DNA of 32,000 nt from Delftia acidovorans NBRC 14950 (GCF_001598795.1 NZ_BCZP01000020.1:1-32000); one strand, 5' to 3'. Shown: positions 8,717-18,421, counted from the stretch's first letter. Notes: a model not told the origin generated them from the sequence alone. Numbers and translations: made by a program.

Positions 8717-10593
8717 GGTGTGTCGGCAGAGGGTGTGGAGGGTGCCAGGGCCAGGCTCAGCGTGAAGACGGCGCCGCCGCCCGGATGGTTGCTGCCCGTC
8801 AGCGTGCCGCCGCATTCACGCACGATGCCGGCCGACAGCGCCAGCCCCAGGCCCAGGCCCACGCCCTCTTCCTTGGTGGTGAAGAACGGCTGGAACAGAT
8901 GGGCCTGCGCCGCTTCGCTCAGGCCCGGGCCGTGGTCGCGCACGGTGACCTGGGCGCGGCCATCGGCCACGGCGCAGGCCAGCTCCAGGCAGGGCGCGGG
9001 CTGGCCGCGCATGGCGTCCAGGGAGTTGTTGATAAGGTTGATCAGCACCTGCTCGATGCGGTTGCGGTCGCACCAAGCCACGGCCTCGGGCACGCCGTCA
9101 TCGCGCAGGATGCGGGCGCCGGTCTCGGCCACGCGCGACTCCAGCACGGCCAGCGCATTGTCCAGCGCATGCGCCAGCGGCACGGCCTGGCTGGCGCCGC
9201 TGGACTTGCGCGCGAAGTTGCGCAGCTGGCCGGTGATGCGGCCCATGCGGTCGGCCAGCTGCGCCATGCGCTCCAGGTTCACGCGCGTGGTTTCGGTATC
9301 GCCGCGCTCCAGAAAGCGTTGGCTGTTGCCGGCCAAGGTGCGCAGCGCCGTCAGCGGCTGATTGAGTTCATGGGCCACGCCCGTGGACAGCTGGCCTATC
9401 ACGGCCAGCTTGCCGGCCTGCACCAGTTCGTCCTGGGCGGCGCGCAGCGTGGCCTCGGCGTGGGTGCGCTCGGCCACTTCGGCCTGCAGCGCCTCGTTGG
9501 CGGCCGACAGGTCGGCCGTGCGCTGCTCCACTTTGCGCTCGAGCTCATCGTGCGCGGCCTGCAGCGCCTCGCGCGCGGCCAGCCGGTCGCGCAGGTGGCG
9601 GCGGCGCTCGTTGACCATCATGGCCAGCAGCAGCACAAAGGCCGCACCCACGGCCGCGGCCAGCGCGCGGCTCTGGGCCAGCTGGTCGACCTGCTCCAGG
9701 TGCGAGAGCACGGTGATCGTCCAGGGCGTGCCAGGCAGCTGGCGCGACTGGGCCAGGAAGCGGCCGCTGACCGGGTAGACCGAGCCCGGCGATTCCTCGC
9801 CATGGCGGGCAATGCGCACCAGGCGCGCGCCCTGGCCCAGGTCGCGCAGCACTTGCAGGCCCAGGGGCTCCAGCGCGCGGCGGTTGTACTGGCGCGTGTG
9901 GTCGAAGGCGGCGCGCGTGCCCTCGTCCAGCGTGCGCAAGGTGGTGAATTTCCAGTCGGAGACCGTGCCCAGGATGACGACGCCGTTCTCGTCGCCCACC
10001 AGCACGGGCGCCTCCACCGTGGACCACGATTGCTCCAGCTGGTCCAGGCTGACCTTGACCACGGCCACGCCCAGCGTGTGGGTGTCGTCGCCCAGGGTGG
10101 AGGCCAGGTAGTAGCCGGGCTCGCCGCGCGTGGTACCAATGCCGAAGAAGCGCGCGCTGCCCGTGGCCATGGCGGTGCGGTAGTAGGGGCGAAAGCTCAG
10201 GTCCTCGCCCATGTAGCTGTCGGTGCGCCGCCAGTTGCTGGAGGCCACGACGTGGCCGCGCGCATCGACCAGGTAGGCGGTCAGCGTGCCCGCACGGTCG
10301 TTGAGCTGCTCCAGGTAGGCGTTGACGCGGTTGGTGAGCTGCTCGTCGCCGGGCTCGGCCAGCAGCCTTTGCACATTGCCTTCCAGTGCCAGCACGTCGG
10401 GCAGGAAGGCGTATTTGCCGATCTCGCGCTGCAGGCTGGCGCCGTACAGCTCCAGCCGGTGCATGCCCGTGGCACGCAGATCGGCGATGCCCAGCCGCTG
10501 CGCCAGCAGGTACGCACCCCAGCCGCTCAGCCCGCTCAGGGCAAGCCACAGCAAAAGCAGGATGAGCTGGCGCAGGGGGCGGCGGGCGGGCAT
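8713..10593 (-). CDS. dctB: C4-dicarboxylate sensor histidine kinase, DctB-like
   Basis: 626 aa from ATG 10593. It has an N-terminal TM segment, a DctB-like periplasmic sensor (YAFLPDVLA...ASSNW...FRPYY...FFGIGTT), an H-box (HELNQPL) and an ATPase domain. The track ORF start at 10779 is rejected as an upstream extension. Confidence 0.85.
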
Positions 10594-10639
10594 GGTGAAG
10601 GCACCGATGTTATCAGTGCCCCCCAGCGCCGCCTGGGCC

Positions 10640-11947
10640 TCAGGCCGAGACAGCGGGCCGCCCTTGCTCGGAATGGTCCGTGGGCAGCAGGGACTCGTCG
10701 TCATCCGTGGCCGCGGTCGGATCGACGGCGCCTTCCCACTTGGCCACCACGGCCGTGGCAATGGCATTGCCCAGCACATTGGTCAGCGTGCGGCCCATGT
10801 CCAGGAAGTGGTCGATGCCCAGGATCAGCAGGATGCCCGCCTCGGGCAGGCCGAACATGGGCAGCACGGCGGCCACCACCACCAGCGAGGCGCGCGGCAC
10901 GCCGGCAATGCCCTTGCTGGACACCATCAGCACCAGCAGCATGGTGATCTGGGCCGTCAGCGTCATGTCGATGCCGTAGGCCTGGGCGATGAAGATGGCC
11001 AGGAAGGTGGTGTAGACCATCGAGCCGTCCAGGTTGAACGAGTAGCCCAGCGGCAGCACGAAGCCGATGATGCGCGGCTTGATGCCGAACTTCTCCAGCT
11101 GCTCCATCAGCTTGGGATAGGTCGATTCGCTGCTGGCCGTGGAAAAGCCCACCAGCAGCGGGCCGCGGATCAGGTTCAGCAGGCGGAAGATGTCACGGCC
11201 CAGCACGCAGTAGCCGGCCACGATCAGCAGCACCCACAGCGTGGCCAGGGCCAGGTAGAAGCACAGCATGAACTTGCCGAACACCGACAGCATGCCCAGC
11301 CCATGGATGGTGATGGTGCCGGCCACGGCGCCGAACACGCCCACGGGGGCGAAGCGCATCACGTAGTCGGTGACCTTGAGCATGATGTGGACCACTTCGT
11401 CCATCAGGCCCACCATGGAGCGCGCGGCCTGGTTGTGCAGGTTGCCCAGCGCAATGCCGAAGAACAGCGCGAACACAAGGATCTGCAGCACCTCGTTGGT
11501 CGCCATGGCCTCGAAGATGTTCTTGGGGAACACGTGGGCGATGAAGTCCTTGAGGTTCAGCGCCGAGGTCTTGAGGTTCAGGCCCTCGGCCGACGACGGC
11601 AGGGCCACGCTCAGGCCATGGCCGGGCTGCAGCACGTTCGCATAGATCAGGCCGATGGCCAGCGAGCAGAACGAGGCCACGATGAACCAGCCCAGCGCGC
11701 GGCCGCCGATGCGGCCCACGGCCTTGGCGTCGCCCATGTTGGCCAGGCCCGACACCAGGGTGGCGAACACCAGGGGCGCAATGATCATCTTGATCATGCG
11801 CAGGAAGACATCGGTGAGGATGCCGAAGTAGCTGGCGACTTCCTTGGCGGCCTCGGGCGTGGGTGCGTAGCTGTTGCAGGCATAGCCCACCAGCACGCCG
11901 AGGACCATGGCCACAAGCACCATGGTGGTCAAGCGGTTGAATTTCAT
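10640..11947 (-). CDS. dctA: Dicarboxylate/amino acid:cation symporter (DAACS), DctA-like C4-dicarboxylate transporter
   Basis: 435 aa from ATG 11947 (MKFNRLTTMVLVAMVLGVLVGY...). Multi-TM protein with DAACS motifs (SSSEST-like ASSESTYP, and FLDMGRT). Lies immediately upstream of dctBD. Confidence 0.9.
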   Translation of the reverse strand: MKFNRLTTMVLVAMVLGVLVGYACNSYAPTPEAAKEVASYFGILTDVFLRMIKMIIAPLVFATLVSGLANMGDAKAVGRIGGRALGWFIVASFCSLAIGLIYANVLQPGHGLSVALPSSAEGLNLKTSALNLKDFIAHVFPKNIFEAMATNEVLQILVFALFFGIALGNLHNQAARSMVGLMDEVVHIMLKVTDYVMRFAPVGVFGAVAGTITIHGLGMLSVFGKFMLCFYLALATLWVLLIVAGYCVLGRDIFRLLNLIRGPLLVGFSTASSESTYPKLMEQLEKFGIKPRIIGFVLPLGYSFNLDGSMVYTTFLAIFIAQAYGIDMTLTAQITMLLVLMVSSKGIAGVPRASLVVVAAVLPMFGLPEAGILLILGIDHFLDMGRTLTNVLGNAIATAVVAKWEGAVDPTAATDDDESLLPTDHSEQGRPAVSA

Positions 11948-12088
11948 GCGGATTTTTTCGTTGGACGTATTTCGGTCTTGCAAGCGAGCCCGCCCACCAC
12001 GGCTGCCGGCACGGGCCGGATGCCACAGCGAAGACGGGCTTGTCTCCCTGCATACACAACCACGATGCACGTGGCCTGCGCCTGACAG

Positions 12089-12104
12089 TGCACAGACCGT
12101 GCCA
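12089..12104 (-). promoter_or_regulatory. Sigma-54 (-24/-12) promoter for dctA
   Basis: The minus strand reads TGGCAC-GGTCT-GTGCA, against the consensus TGGCAC-N5-TTGCA (one mismatch). It lies about 140 bp upstream of the dctA ATG, and the cognate sigma-54 activator DctD is encoded in the same cluster. Confidence 0.6.
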
Positions 12105-12188
12105 GCCACATCCGGCACCTGCACCCCGCGCTAACTGCTTGATTCGCCTATATCGACCTTACTTTTATGCATAAGGTGGCACGGAAAT

Positions 12189-12217
12189 CCGAACGATGGA
12201 ACGCCTGCATCGTTCGG
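12189..12217. promoter_or_regulatory. Perfect 10-bp inverted repeat CCGAACGATG-N9-CATCGTTCGG; candidate enhancer (UAS) for DctD
   Basis: Read directly from the sequence. It lies about 90-125 bp upstream of the -24 element relative to dctA, the usual position for NtrC-family activator sites. An AT-rich segment (about 12140-12175) lies in between. The function is inference. Confidence 0.35.
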
Positions 12218-12273
12218 AAAACCGGATGGCCGGGCCTGCCGCCTCCGGCCCTCCCGGCCGGCGCTATCATCCG

Positions 12274-12300
12274 CACCGGCCCCCTGTCACGGGGCCGGTG
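12274..12300. repeat. GC-rich perfect 10-bp stem hairpin (CACCGGCCCC-N7-GGGGCCGGTG) in an intergenic region
   Basis: Read directly. There is no U-tract on either strand, so it is not a canonical intrinsic terminator. Confidence 0.4.
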
Positions 12301-12495
12301 CTTCAAAACACCTCCATCACACAGCGGCACAACCTCTTCGAAAGCGAGGTCTGTCAATGCAATTCACGGATCAATGCAATCGCAAAGGCCAGTGAATTCG
12401 CTTTGCAATGGAGCATCAAGCATGAACACCGTTTTCCTCGCACTCGCCTGCGCGCCCTCTGCTGGCGCCGCCCCTTCCACACGGAGGGCCAAGGC

Positions 12496-12873
12496 ATGAA
12501 CCCCACCACCCAGCCCAGTCCCGACACGGACGGCCACACCACGCGGCAGCTGTCCAATGCCCTCACCCAGGTAGACCATCTCGTGCAGCAAGGCTGTGCA
12601 GAGATTTCCGCCATCGCCCAGCTCGCCCTGGCATGGCTGGAGACGCCCAAGGGCCATCGCCACATGGACGTGGTGGCCCGCGCCCTGCAAAGCATCCGCG
12701 ACAGCGCCGAGACACTGGCCGACTACGCCGGCACCGAGGCCCAGGCCATGGGCTGCGGGTTTGAAGACGCGGCCGAGATGCGCCGTGCCGAAGCGGCCGA
12801 GGCAGCCGCCAAAGCCATGGCGCAACTGTTTGAACGCCGGCCGGTGCCCGGGCAGGACGGCAGCAGCGGCTGA
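12496..12873 (+). CDS. Hypothetical protein (125 aa, predicted helical, Ala/Glu-rich C-terminus)
   Basis: ATG 12496 is preceded by GGAGGG (12483-12488). It has no recognisable family. Coding status rests on the RBS and on a plausible, non-repetitive protein composition. Confidence 0.45.
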   Translation: MNPTTQPSPDTDGHTTRQLSNALTQVDHLVQQGCAEISAIAQLALAWLETPKGHRHMDVVARALQSIRDSAETLADYAGTEAQAMGCGFEDAAEMRRAEAAEAAAKAMAQLFERRPVPGQDGSSG

Positions 12874-12947
12874 TGTTCCGGCGCCTGTAGAGGGGCCCGC
12901 TCTCCCAGGGTCCCGCACCGTGTCTTCACCGGTGCGCCAACCCTGCC

Positions 12948-14522
12948 TCAACCCTGCGCATGAGGCCCCAGGCGAAAAACGCTCACGGACTGCACAAGGT
13001 CATGCGCCTGCTGGCGCAGGCTCGTGGCTGCCGCCGCCATTTCCTCCACCAGGGCTGCGTTTTGCTGCGTCGCCTGGTCCATCTGCGTGACCGCCTCGCC
13101 CACTTGTGCCACGCCGCTGCGTTGTTCGGCGGAAGCCGCGCTGATCTCGCCCATGAGGTCGGTGACGCTGCGTATGCTCGTCACCACTTCAGCCATGGTG
13201 CCCCCCGCACGGTCGGCCAGCACAGAGCCCTGTTCGACCCGCTCGACGCTGTCGGAGATCAGGGCCTTGATCTCCTTGGCCGCCGCCGCGCTGCGGCCGG
13301 CCAGGCTGCGGACCTCGGAGGCCACCACAGCGAAGCCGCGGCCCTGTTCACCGGCACGCGCAGCCTCCACCGCAGCGTTCAGCGCCAGGATGTTGGTCTG
13401 GAACGCGATGCCGTCGATGACGTTGATGATGTCGGCGATGCGGCGCGAACTTTCACTGATGCCCTTCATCGTGTCCACGACCTGGGTGACCACCTCGCCC
13501 GCCTGCCCGGCCACGCCGCTGGCCCGCTGCGCGAGCGCGTTGGCCTTGCCGGCACCCTCTGCGTTCTGGGTCACGGTGGCTCCGAGCTGTTCCATGGAGG
13601 CCGCCGTCTGTTCAAGCGCGCTGGCCTGGCTCTCGGTTCGCGAGGACAGGTCGGTGTTGCCCTGGGCAATCTGCGTGCTTGCACTCGCCACGGATTCGCT
13701 GCCGCTGCGCACGACGGCCACGACCTGCGATAGCGCATCACTCATCTCGCCGAGGCTGCGCAGCAGGGTCCCCACTTCATCGTGGGTGGTGGCCTCCACC
13801 CGCTGCGTCAGATCACCGCATGCCACCGCGCGTGCCACCTGGATGGCCCGGCCGATGGGGCCCGTGATGGAGCGCGTGACCCAGGTACCCAGCAGAGCGG
13901 CCAGCACGACGGCCACCAGCGCGCCGCCCAGCTCGAACGCCAACGTCATTGCCGCCAGCGACTCGGTGCGCGTCAGGCGCTCGGCCATGAGCTGTTCCTC
14001 CTCACGCACCAGGTCCACCTGCAGTGCGCGCAGCCCATCCATGGCCGCCTTCTCGCGCCCCAGGGAGAACTCGCGAACCAGATCCTCGACCGTCGCCGTG
14101 CCGTCCTGGACTTGCCGCCGCAGCGCCTGCAGCGGCTGCACCGCCTGCACGAATTCACGGTGGCGCAGCCGGATTCCGTCGAGCCGGCGCTGCTGGGCGG
14201 GGTTGTCCTCGGTCAGGCGTACGGCCTCCTGCCAGGAGGCCTCGAACTCCTTGAGTCCTTCATCCCACGGGGCAAGAAAACGGGAGTCACCCGACAGGAG
14301 ATAGCCCCGCGAGGCCGTCTCCATGTTGACCATGCCCGTGAGCATGCGCTGTCCCTGGGACATGACCTTGAAGGTGTGCTCATTCCATTGCTGGGCCTCC
14401 TTGAGCCGGGACTGGCTGCTCACGGCCAGCGCGATGACAAGAAGAAAAATGGCGATGACGCATGCGAAGGCAGCTGCGAGACGGCGGGCCAGTGGCCAGT
14501 TGGACAAATTCATGATGATCAT
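12948..14522 (-). CDS. Methyl-accepting chemotaxis protein with a CHASE3-type periplasmic sensor and a HAMP domain
   Basis: 524 aa. It has an N-terminal TM segment, a CHASE3-like region ([19 protein letters not shown]), a second TM segment plus HAMP, and the highly conserved MCP signalling hairpin ([37 protein letters not shown]). Confidence 0.9.
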   Translation of the reverse strand: MIIMNLSNWPLARRLAAAFACVIAIFLLVIALAVSSQSRLKEAQQWNEHTFKVMSQGQRMLTGMVNMETASRGYLLSGDSRFLAPWDEGLKEFEASWQEAVRLTEDNPAQQRRLDGIRLRHREFVQAVQPLQALRRQVQDGTATVEDLVREFSLGREKAAMDGLRALQVDLVREEEQLMAERLTRTESLAAMTLAFELGGALVAVVLAALLGTWVTRSITGPIGRAIQVARAVACGDLTQRVEATTHDEVGTLLRSLGEMSDALSQVVAVVRSGSESVASASTQIAQGNTDLSSRTESQASALEQTAASMEQLGATVTQNAEGAGKANALAQRASGVAGQAGEVVTQVVDTMKGISESSRRIADIINVIDGIAFQTNILALNAAVEAARAGEQGRGFAVVASEVRSLAGRSAAAAKEIKALISDSVERVEQGSVLADRAGGTMAEVVTSIRSVTDLMGEISAASAEQRSGVAQVGEAVTQMDQATQQNAALVEEMAAAATSLRQQAHDLVQSVSVFRLGPHAQG

Positions 14523-14692
14523 CGGTACGGACTGCGTGGCCGGAAAGACTGCACAAGGGCGCGGCGATCATGGTGTGAAGCCTCGCCTGCGCCTGGGGCA
14601 GTCATCTCCTGGCCGGGATCTACAAAGCACTCGCGCCAGCGGCTGCCGGGTGGCGGCCAGCGGGTCCGCGCTTTGTTTCTCTATGTAATATA

Positions 14693-14717
14693 TTGGACAA
14701 AACATATTTTTGTCCTA
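14693..14717. promoter_or_regulatory. Dyad TTGGACAAAA-CATAT-TTTTGTCCTA overlapping a putative -35 (TTGGAC); candidate operator/promoter of the MerR-B12 regulator operon
   Basis: Perfect 8-bp arms: GGACAAAA (14695-14702) and TTTTGTCC (14708-14715). It lies 35 bp upstream of ATG 14752 in an AT-rich patch. A possible -10 (GACAAT, 14718-14723) sits at 19-bp spacing from TTGGAC, which is MerR-like promoter geometry. Confidence 0.45.
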
Positions 14718-14751
14718 GACAATTCGCAAAATCCCTCAAAACATCCCGGCC

Positions 14752-15765
14752 ATGACCGGACGTTTTGTCCCCTTCAGATCAATGACGCCACTTTCTGACC
14801 CCCTGCCTTTGGCGCCTGGCCCCGGGCTGCCCATCTCGGCCGTCGAACGCGAGACCGGACTTGCCAAGGACACCCTGCGTGTCTGGGAAAGACGCTACGG
14901 CTTTCCAAGGCCTGAACGGGATTCGGCAGGCGATCGCCGCTACCCGGCGGACCAGGTTCGACAACTGACCCTGATCCGGCGGCTCATGGATACGGGACTG
15001 CGCCCCAGCAAGCTGATGGGCGTGGATCTGGACGGCCTGCAGGCGCTGCTGGCCCGCGCCGACACCTCGCCGAGCGTGGATTTGTCCAGGACAAATTCAG
15101 AGAATGCAGCAGACTCTGACCGCTTCGCACCCATGCTCGACGCCATTGCCGCACATGATCCCGCCCAGCTCAGGCATTGCCTTAGCCTGGCCCAGTCGCG
15201 CATGGGCCTGGCCGGTTTCGTGACCACGCTCGTGGCCCCGCTGACCGCAGCGGTCGGCGAATTCTGGGCACAGGGGCGTTTTGAGGTGTTCGAAGAGCAC
15301 CTGTACACCGAGGTGCTCACCGGCGTCTTGAGGCAGGCAATCGCCTCGCTCGCCCCCCCTTCCCCGCCGTCCACGCCCAAGGTGTTGCTGACCACGCTGC
15401 CGCAGGAGATGCATGGGCTGGGACTGCTCATGGTCGAAGCCCTGCTGGCCCTGGAAGGCTGCAACTGCGTATCGCTGGGCACCCAGACGCCCATCGGCGA
15501 CGTGGCACAGGCCGCGCGGGCGCATCGCGCCGACATCGTGGGGCTGAGCTTCAGCAGCTCGCACAACGGAGCGATGGCGCAGGCTTGCCTGGGCGAGCTG
15601 CGCAGCCACCTGCCGCCGTCCATCGAGTTGTGGGCCGGTGGAGCTTGCCCGGCGCTTTATTCCAGCCCGGTCGCGGGCATGACGCCGGTGCGCCATCTCA
15701 CGGATCTGCAACCGCTGGTCGCCCGATGGCGGCAGACGACAAGAACATCAAGGACATACGCATGA
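14752..15765 (+). CDS. MerR-family transcriptional regulator with a C-terminal cobalamin-binding domain (CarH/LitR-type light-responsive regulator)
   Basis: It has an N-terminal MerR HTH (ISAVERETGLAKDTLRVWERRYGFPRPERDSAGDRRY). The helical bundle carries W-x9-EH (WAQGRFEVFEEH). The B12-binding Rossmann region carries ExHxxG (QEMHGLG), followed by GLSFSS and WAGG. An alternative start is ATG 14782. Confidence 0.85.
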   Translation: MTGRFVPFRSMTPLSDPLPLAPGPGLPISAVERETGLAKDTLRVWERRYGFPRPERDSAGDRRYPADQVRQLTLIRRLMDTGLRPSKLMGVDLDGLQALLARADTSPSVDLSRTNSENAADSDRFAPMLDAIAAHDPAQLRHCLSLAQSRMGLAGFVTTLVAPLTAAVGEFWAQGRFEVFEEHLYTEVLTGVLRQAIASLAPPSPPSTPKVLLTTLPQEMHGLGLLMVEALLALEGCNCVSLGTQTPIGDVAQAARAHRADIVGLSFSSSHNGAMAQACLGELRSHLPPSIELWAGGACPALYSSPVAGMTPVRHLTDLQPLVARWRQTTRTSRTYA

Positions 15766-16358
15766 ACTTTCCCGCCCCCCGCACCATCTTCATCGCCAGG
15801 CGGCGCACCCTGCTGGCAACGGCCCTTGGCGCCGGCCTGCTGGCCAGCGGTTGCGCCAGCATGCGCCCGCCAGGCTCGGTCACGCCCGTCTCACCGTTCG
15901 ACCTGCAGCGCTACCAGGGCCTGTGGTACGAACTGGCACGGCTGGACCATGGTTTCGAGCGGGGCATGACCGATGTGACCGCCGAGTACACGCCGCAGGC
16001 AGACGGCAGCGTGAAGGTGGTGAACCGGGGGTTTTCCGTGCCCCGGGGCAAATGGCAGCGTGCCGTCGGCAAGGCCTTGTTCACGGGCAAGCCGGACACG
16101 GCTTCGCTCAAGGTCTCCTTCTTCGGCCCGTTCTACGGCGGCTACCATGTGGCCGCCCTGGACCCTGACTACCGCTGGGCGCTGGTCCTCGGGCCGGACA
16201 TGCAGTACTGCTGGATACTGGCCAGAGAGCCGAAACTGCCCCCGCAGACGCTGCAATCCATCGTCGCCAAGGCCGCGCAACTGGGCGTCGATACCGGCGC
16301 GCTGATCTGGGTCAGCCATGAGCGGCACCAGGAAGCGCACAGCCAGGAGGCCTTGTGA
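15762..16358 (+). CDS. blc: Bacterial lipocalin (Blc-like outer-membrane lipoprotein)
   Basis: 198 aa. It has a lipobox (LLASGC) and the lipocalin signature [26 protein letters not shown] 15762 overlaps the regulator gene's stop (ATGA). Confidence 0.85.
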   Translation: MNFPAPRTIFIARRRTLLATALGAGLLASGCASMRPPGSVTPVSPFDLQRYQGLWYELARLDHGFERGMTDVTAEYTPQADGSVKVVNRGFSVPRGKWQRAVGKALFTGKPDTASLKVSFFGPFYGGYHVAALDPDYRWALVLGPDMQYCWILAREPKLPPQTLQSIVAKAAQLGVDTGALIWVSHERHQEAHSQEAL

Positions 16359-17425
16359 ACGGTGCGCCCCCCGTCGCGGTGATCGGCGCGGGAATGGCAG
16401 GTTTGGCATGTGCACAGCTGCTGGCCGATGCTGGCTGCCGCGTGGATATCTTCGAGAAAAGCCGAGGCCCATCCGGGCGCATGAGCACGCGGCGCGCGCA
16501 GGATCCGCAGGGTGCGTGGCAGTGCGATCACGGCGCTCCATCGTTTGCGGCCCAGGACCCGGAGTTTGTGCAGGAGGTGCGCCAGTGGGAGCAGCACGGC
16601 GTTGTCGCCGCCTGGCGTCCGCGCGAAGTGCGCCTGCAGGGCAAAGACGTGGTGCCAGCAGATGGGGGCCCCGACCGCTGGGTGGGCGTGCCGCGCATGA
16701 CCTCTCCCGCAGCGTTTCTTGTCCAGCGGCTTGCACAACAGGGGCATGGCGCACGGCTGCACCTGCAAACCACGGTTCAGCAGTTGCAGTACGAATCTGC
16801 CTGCTGGACTGTGCACTGTGCCGAACACGGGCAGATCGGATCGGAATACTGCGCCCTGGTTTTGGCAGTGCCTGCACCGCAGGCGGCAGCCTTGCTGGGG
16901 CCGGTCTCGCCCTATGCGTCGGCACTGGCTGCCAGCGCGCGCATGCAGCCTTGCTGGGTGGCCATGCTGCGCACCGACGCCCCCCTGCCGCTGGACTGGG
17001 ATGCGGCAGAAATCACGGATGGCCCGCTGTGCTGGGTGGCACGCGACAGCGCCAAGCCAGGACGACAGGGGCCGCAAGTGCCGCAAGGACCTCAGACCTG
17101 GGTGCTGCATGCCAGTGCACGGTGGAGCCAGGATCACATCGAGTCGGACGCCGAATCCGTGGCCCGGCAACTGCTGCAGGCATTCGAGGCCCTGGCCGGG
17201 CCACTGTCCGGCTCTCTGTACGACTCTCTGCCAGGCGGCCTGCGCGTCACTGCCCACCGCTGGCGCTATGCGCTGCCGGCGCCGCACCTGGTCAACCGCT
17301 GCTGGTGGGACGCACCTGCGGGCCTGGGCCTGTGCGGCGACTGGATGTGCGGCGCAGGCGTCGAAGGCGCCTGGCTCAGCGGACGGGCGCTGGCCCGGCG
17401 CGCCCTGGCCACGCTGACGCGCTGA
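16355..17425 (+). CDS. NAD(P)/FAD-dependent oxidoreductase (renalase-like/amine-oxidase-fold)
   Basis: 356 aa. It has an N-terminal dinucleotide-binding motif ([37 protein letters not shown]). The GTG 16355 start overlaps the blc stop (GTGA). Confidence 0.8.
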   Translation: MNGAPPVAVIGAGMAGLACAQLLADAGCRVDIFEKSRGPSGRMSTRRAQDPQGAWQCDHGAPSFAAQDPEFVQEVRQWEQHGVVAAWRPREVRLQGKDVVPADGGPDRWVGVPRMTSPAAFLVQRLAQQGHGARLHLQTTVQQLQYESACWTVHCAEHGQIGSEYCALVLAVPAPQAAALLGPVSPYASALAASARMQPCWVAMLRTDAPLPLDWDAAEITDGPLCWVARDSAKPGRQGPQVPQGPQTWVLHASARWSQDHIESDAESVARQLLQAFEALAGPLSGSLYDSLPGGLRVTAHRWRYALPAPHLVNRCWWDAPAGLGLCGDWMCGAGVEGAWLSGRALARRALATLTR

Positions 17426-17445
17426 ACGGCAGGAACGCCCGCGCC

Positions 17446-17625
17446 ATGCACAAGAAGCCCCACCTGCCCTCCAAGCTGTGTGCGTGCTGCGGTCTTGCGT
17501 TCACATGGCGCAAAAAATGGGCACGTGATTGGGACGAGGTCAAATACTGCTCGCAGCGCTGCCGCAACGCGCGACTGCCGCGTGATCCCACTCCCCCATC
17601 TGCAGGCCGTCAGCCAAGGCGCTGA
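17446..17625 (+). CDS. DUF2256-family small zinc-ribbon protein
   Basis: 59 aa ([40 protein letters not shown]) with CxxC...CxxxC. It matches my recollection of DUF2256, a family commonly found next to photolyase/light-response genes. The track hides it inside the long ORF 16318..17625. Confidence 0.7.
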   Translation: MHKKPHLPSKLCACCGLAFTWRKKWARDWDEVKYCSQRCRNARLPRDPTPPSAGRQPRR

Positions 17626-17726
17626 CCTCCAAGCGGGCCATGCGTCCCGCACATCCTGGGAGCCCTGGATTGCCGCCAGGCCGGCCCCATAATGCGCCAC
17701 CCATTGATATCAAGGAATTGGCACCT

Positions 17727-18335
17727 ATGTCTTCCGGCGGCTTTCACGTCCACGGCCCACACGATCACGAACTCGAACATGCTGCCCAGGGCGAGCATGG
17801 CCAAACCGCCCACCACGGCATCGGCGGCGGCAGCCTGACCAACCAGATCGCCATGTGCACGGCAGTCATCGCCACGGTGGGCGCCATCTTCGCGTACATG
17901 GGCGGCGCCACCCAGGCCAATGCCGGGCTGTACAAGAACGACGCAGCCATCAAGAAGACCGAAGCGGCCAACCAGTGGGCCTTCTTCCAGGCCAAGAGCA
18001 CCAAGCAATCGCTGTCCGAGTTCGCACGTGATCTGGCGACCACGGAGGACAGGCGGGCGGCCTACCAGGCCAAGGTGGAGCGCTACGAAAAGGAAAAGGA
18101 CGACATCAAGCGCGATGCCGACCGCCTGGAAGCCGAGGCCCGGCAATGGGACGAGAAGTCCGAGATGCAGATGCATCTGCATCACCGCTGGGCGCAGGCC
18201 ACCACCGCGCTGCAGGTCGCCATTGCCCTTGCAGCCATCGCGCTGCTGACCAAGAAGAAATGGCTGGAATACGCCATGCTCGGCGTGGCAGCGCTAGGCC
18301 TTGGCGTGGGCGGGCTGGCCATGCTGCACATCTAG
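17727..18335 (+). CDS. DUF4337-like membrane protein
   Basis: 202 aa from ATG 17727. It has a His-rich N-terminus, a TM segment, a long charged coiled region (KNDAAIKKTEAANQWAFFQAKSTKQ...) and two C-terminal TM segments. The architecture matches my recollection of DUF4337. Confidence 0.65.
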   Translation: MSSGGFHVHGPHDHELEHAAQGEHGQTAHHGIGGGSLTNQIAMCTAVIATVGAIFAYMGGATQANAGLYKNDAAIKKTEAANQWAFFQAKSTKQSLSEFARDLATTEDRRAAYQAKVERYEKEKDDIKRDADRLEAEARQWDEKSEMQMHLHHRWAQATTALQVAIALAAIALLTKKKWLEYAMLGVAALGLGVGGLAMLHI

Positions 18336-18421
18336 AGCGTGTAGCAAAGCCGCAAAGCCGCATATCCGCCTTGGAAGGCAGCTGTGAAACAGCCCCCTGA
18401 TTCCCCGGCCTTGCCCGCGGC

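Noticed and set aside
10322-12085. A 587-aa plus-strand ORF.
   Set aside because: It is antisense to dctA, a polytopic DAACS transporter with a clear N-terminus. It has no motifs of its own.
12176-12191. A plus-strand TGGCAC-GGAAA-TCCGA sequence resembling a sigma-54 -24 element, upstream of the orphan ORF.
   Set aside because: The -12 region lacks the conserved GC (TCCG instead of TTGC), so this is probably a chance TGGCAC.
18336-18421. The tandem GCAAAGCC-GCAAAGCC-GCA and weak dyads in the convergent gap after the DUF4337 gene.
   Set aside because: There are only two short repeat units and 4-bp stems. This is too weak to call a terminator or a repeat element.
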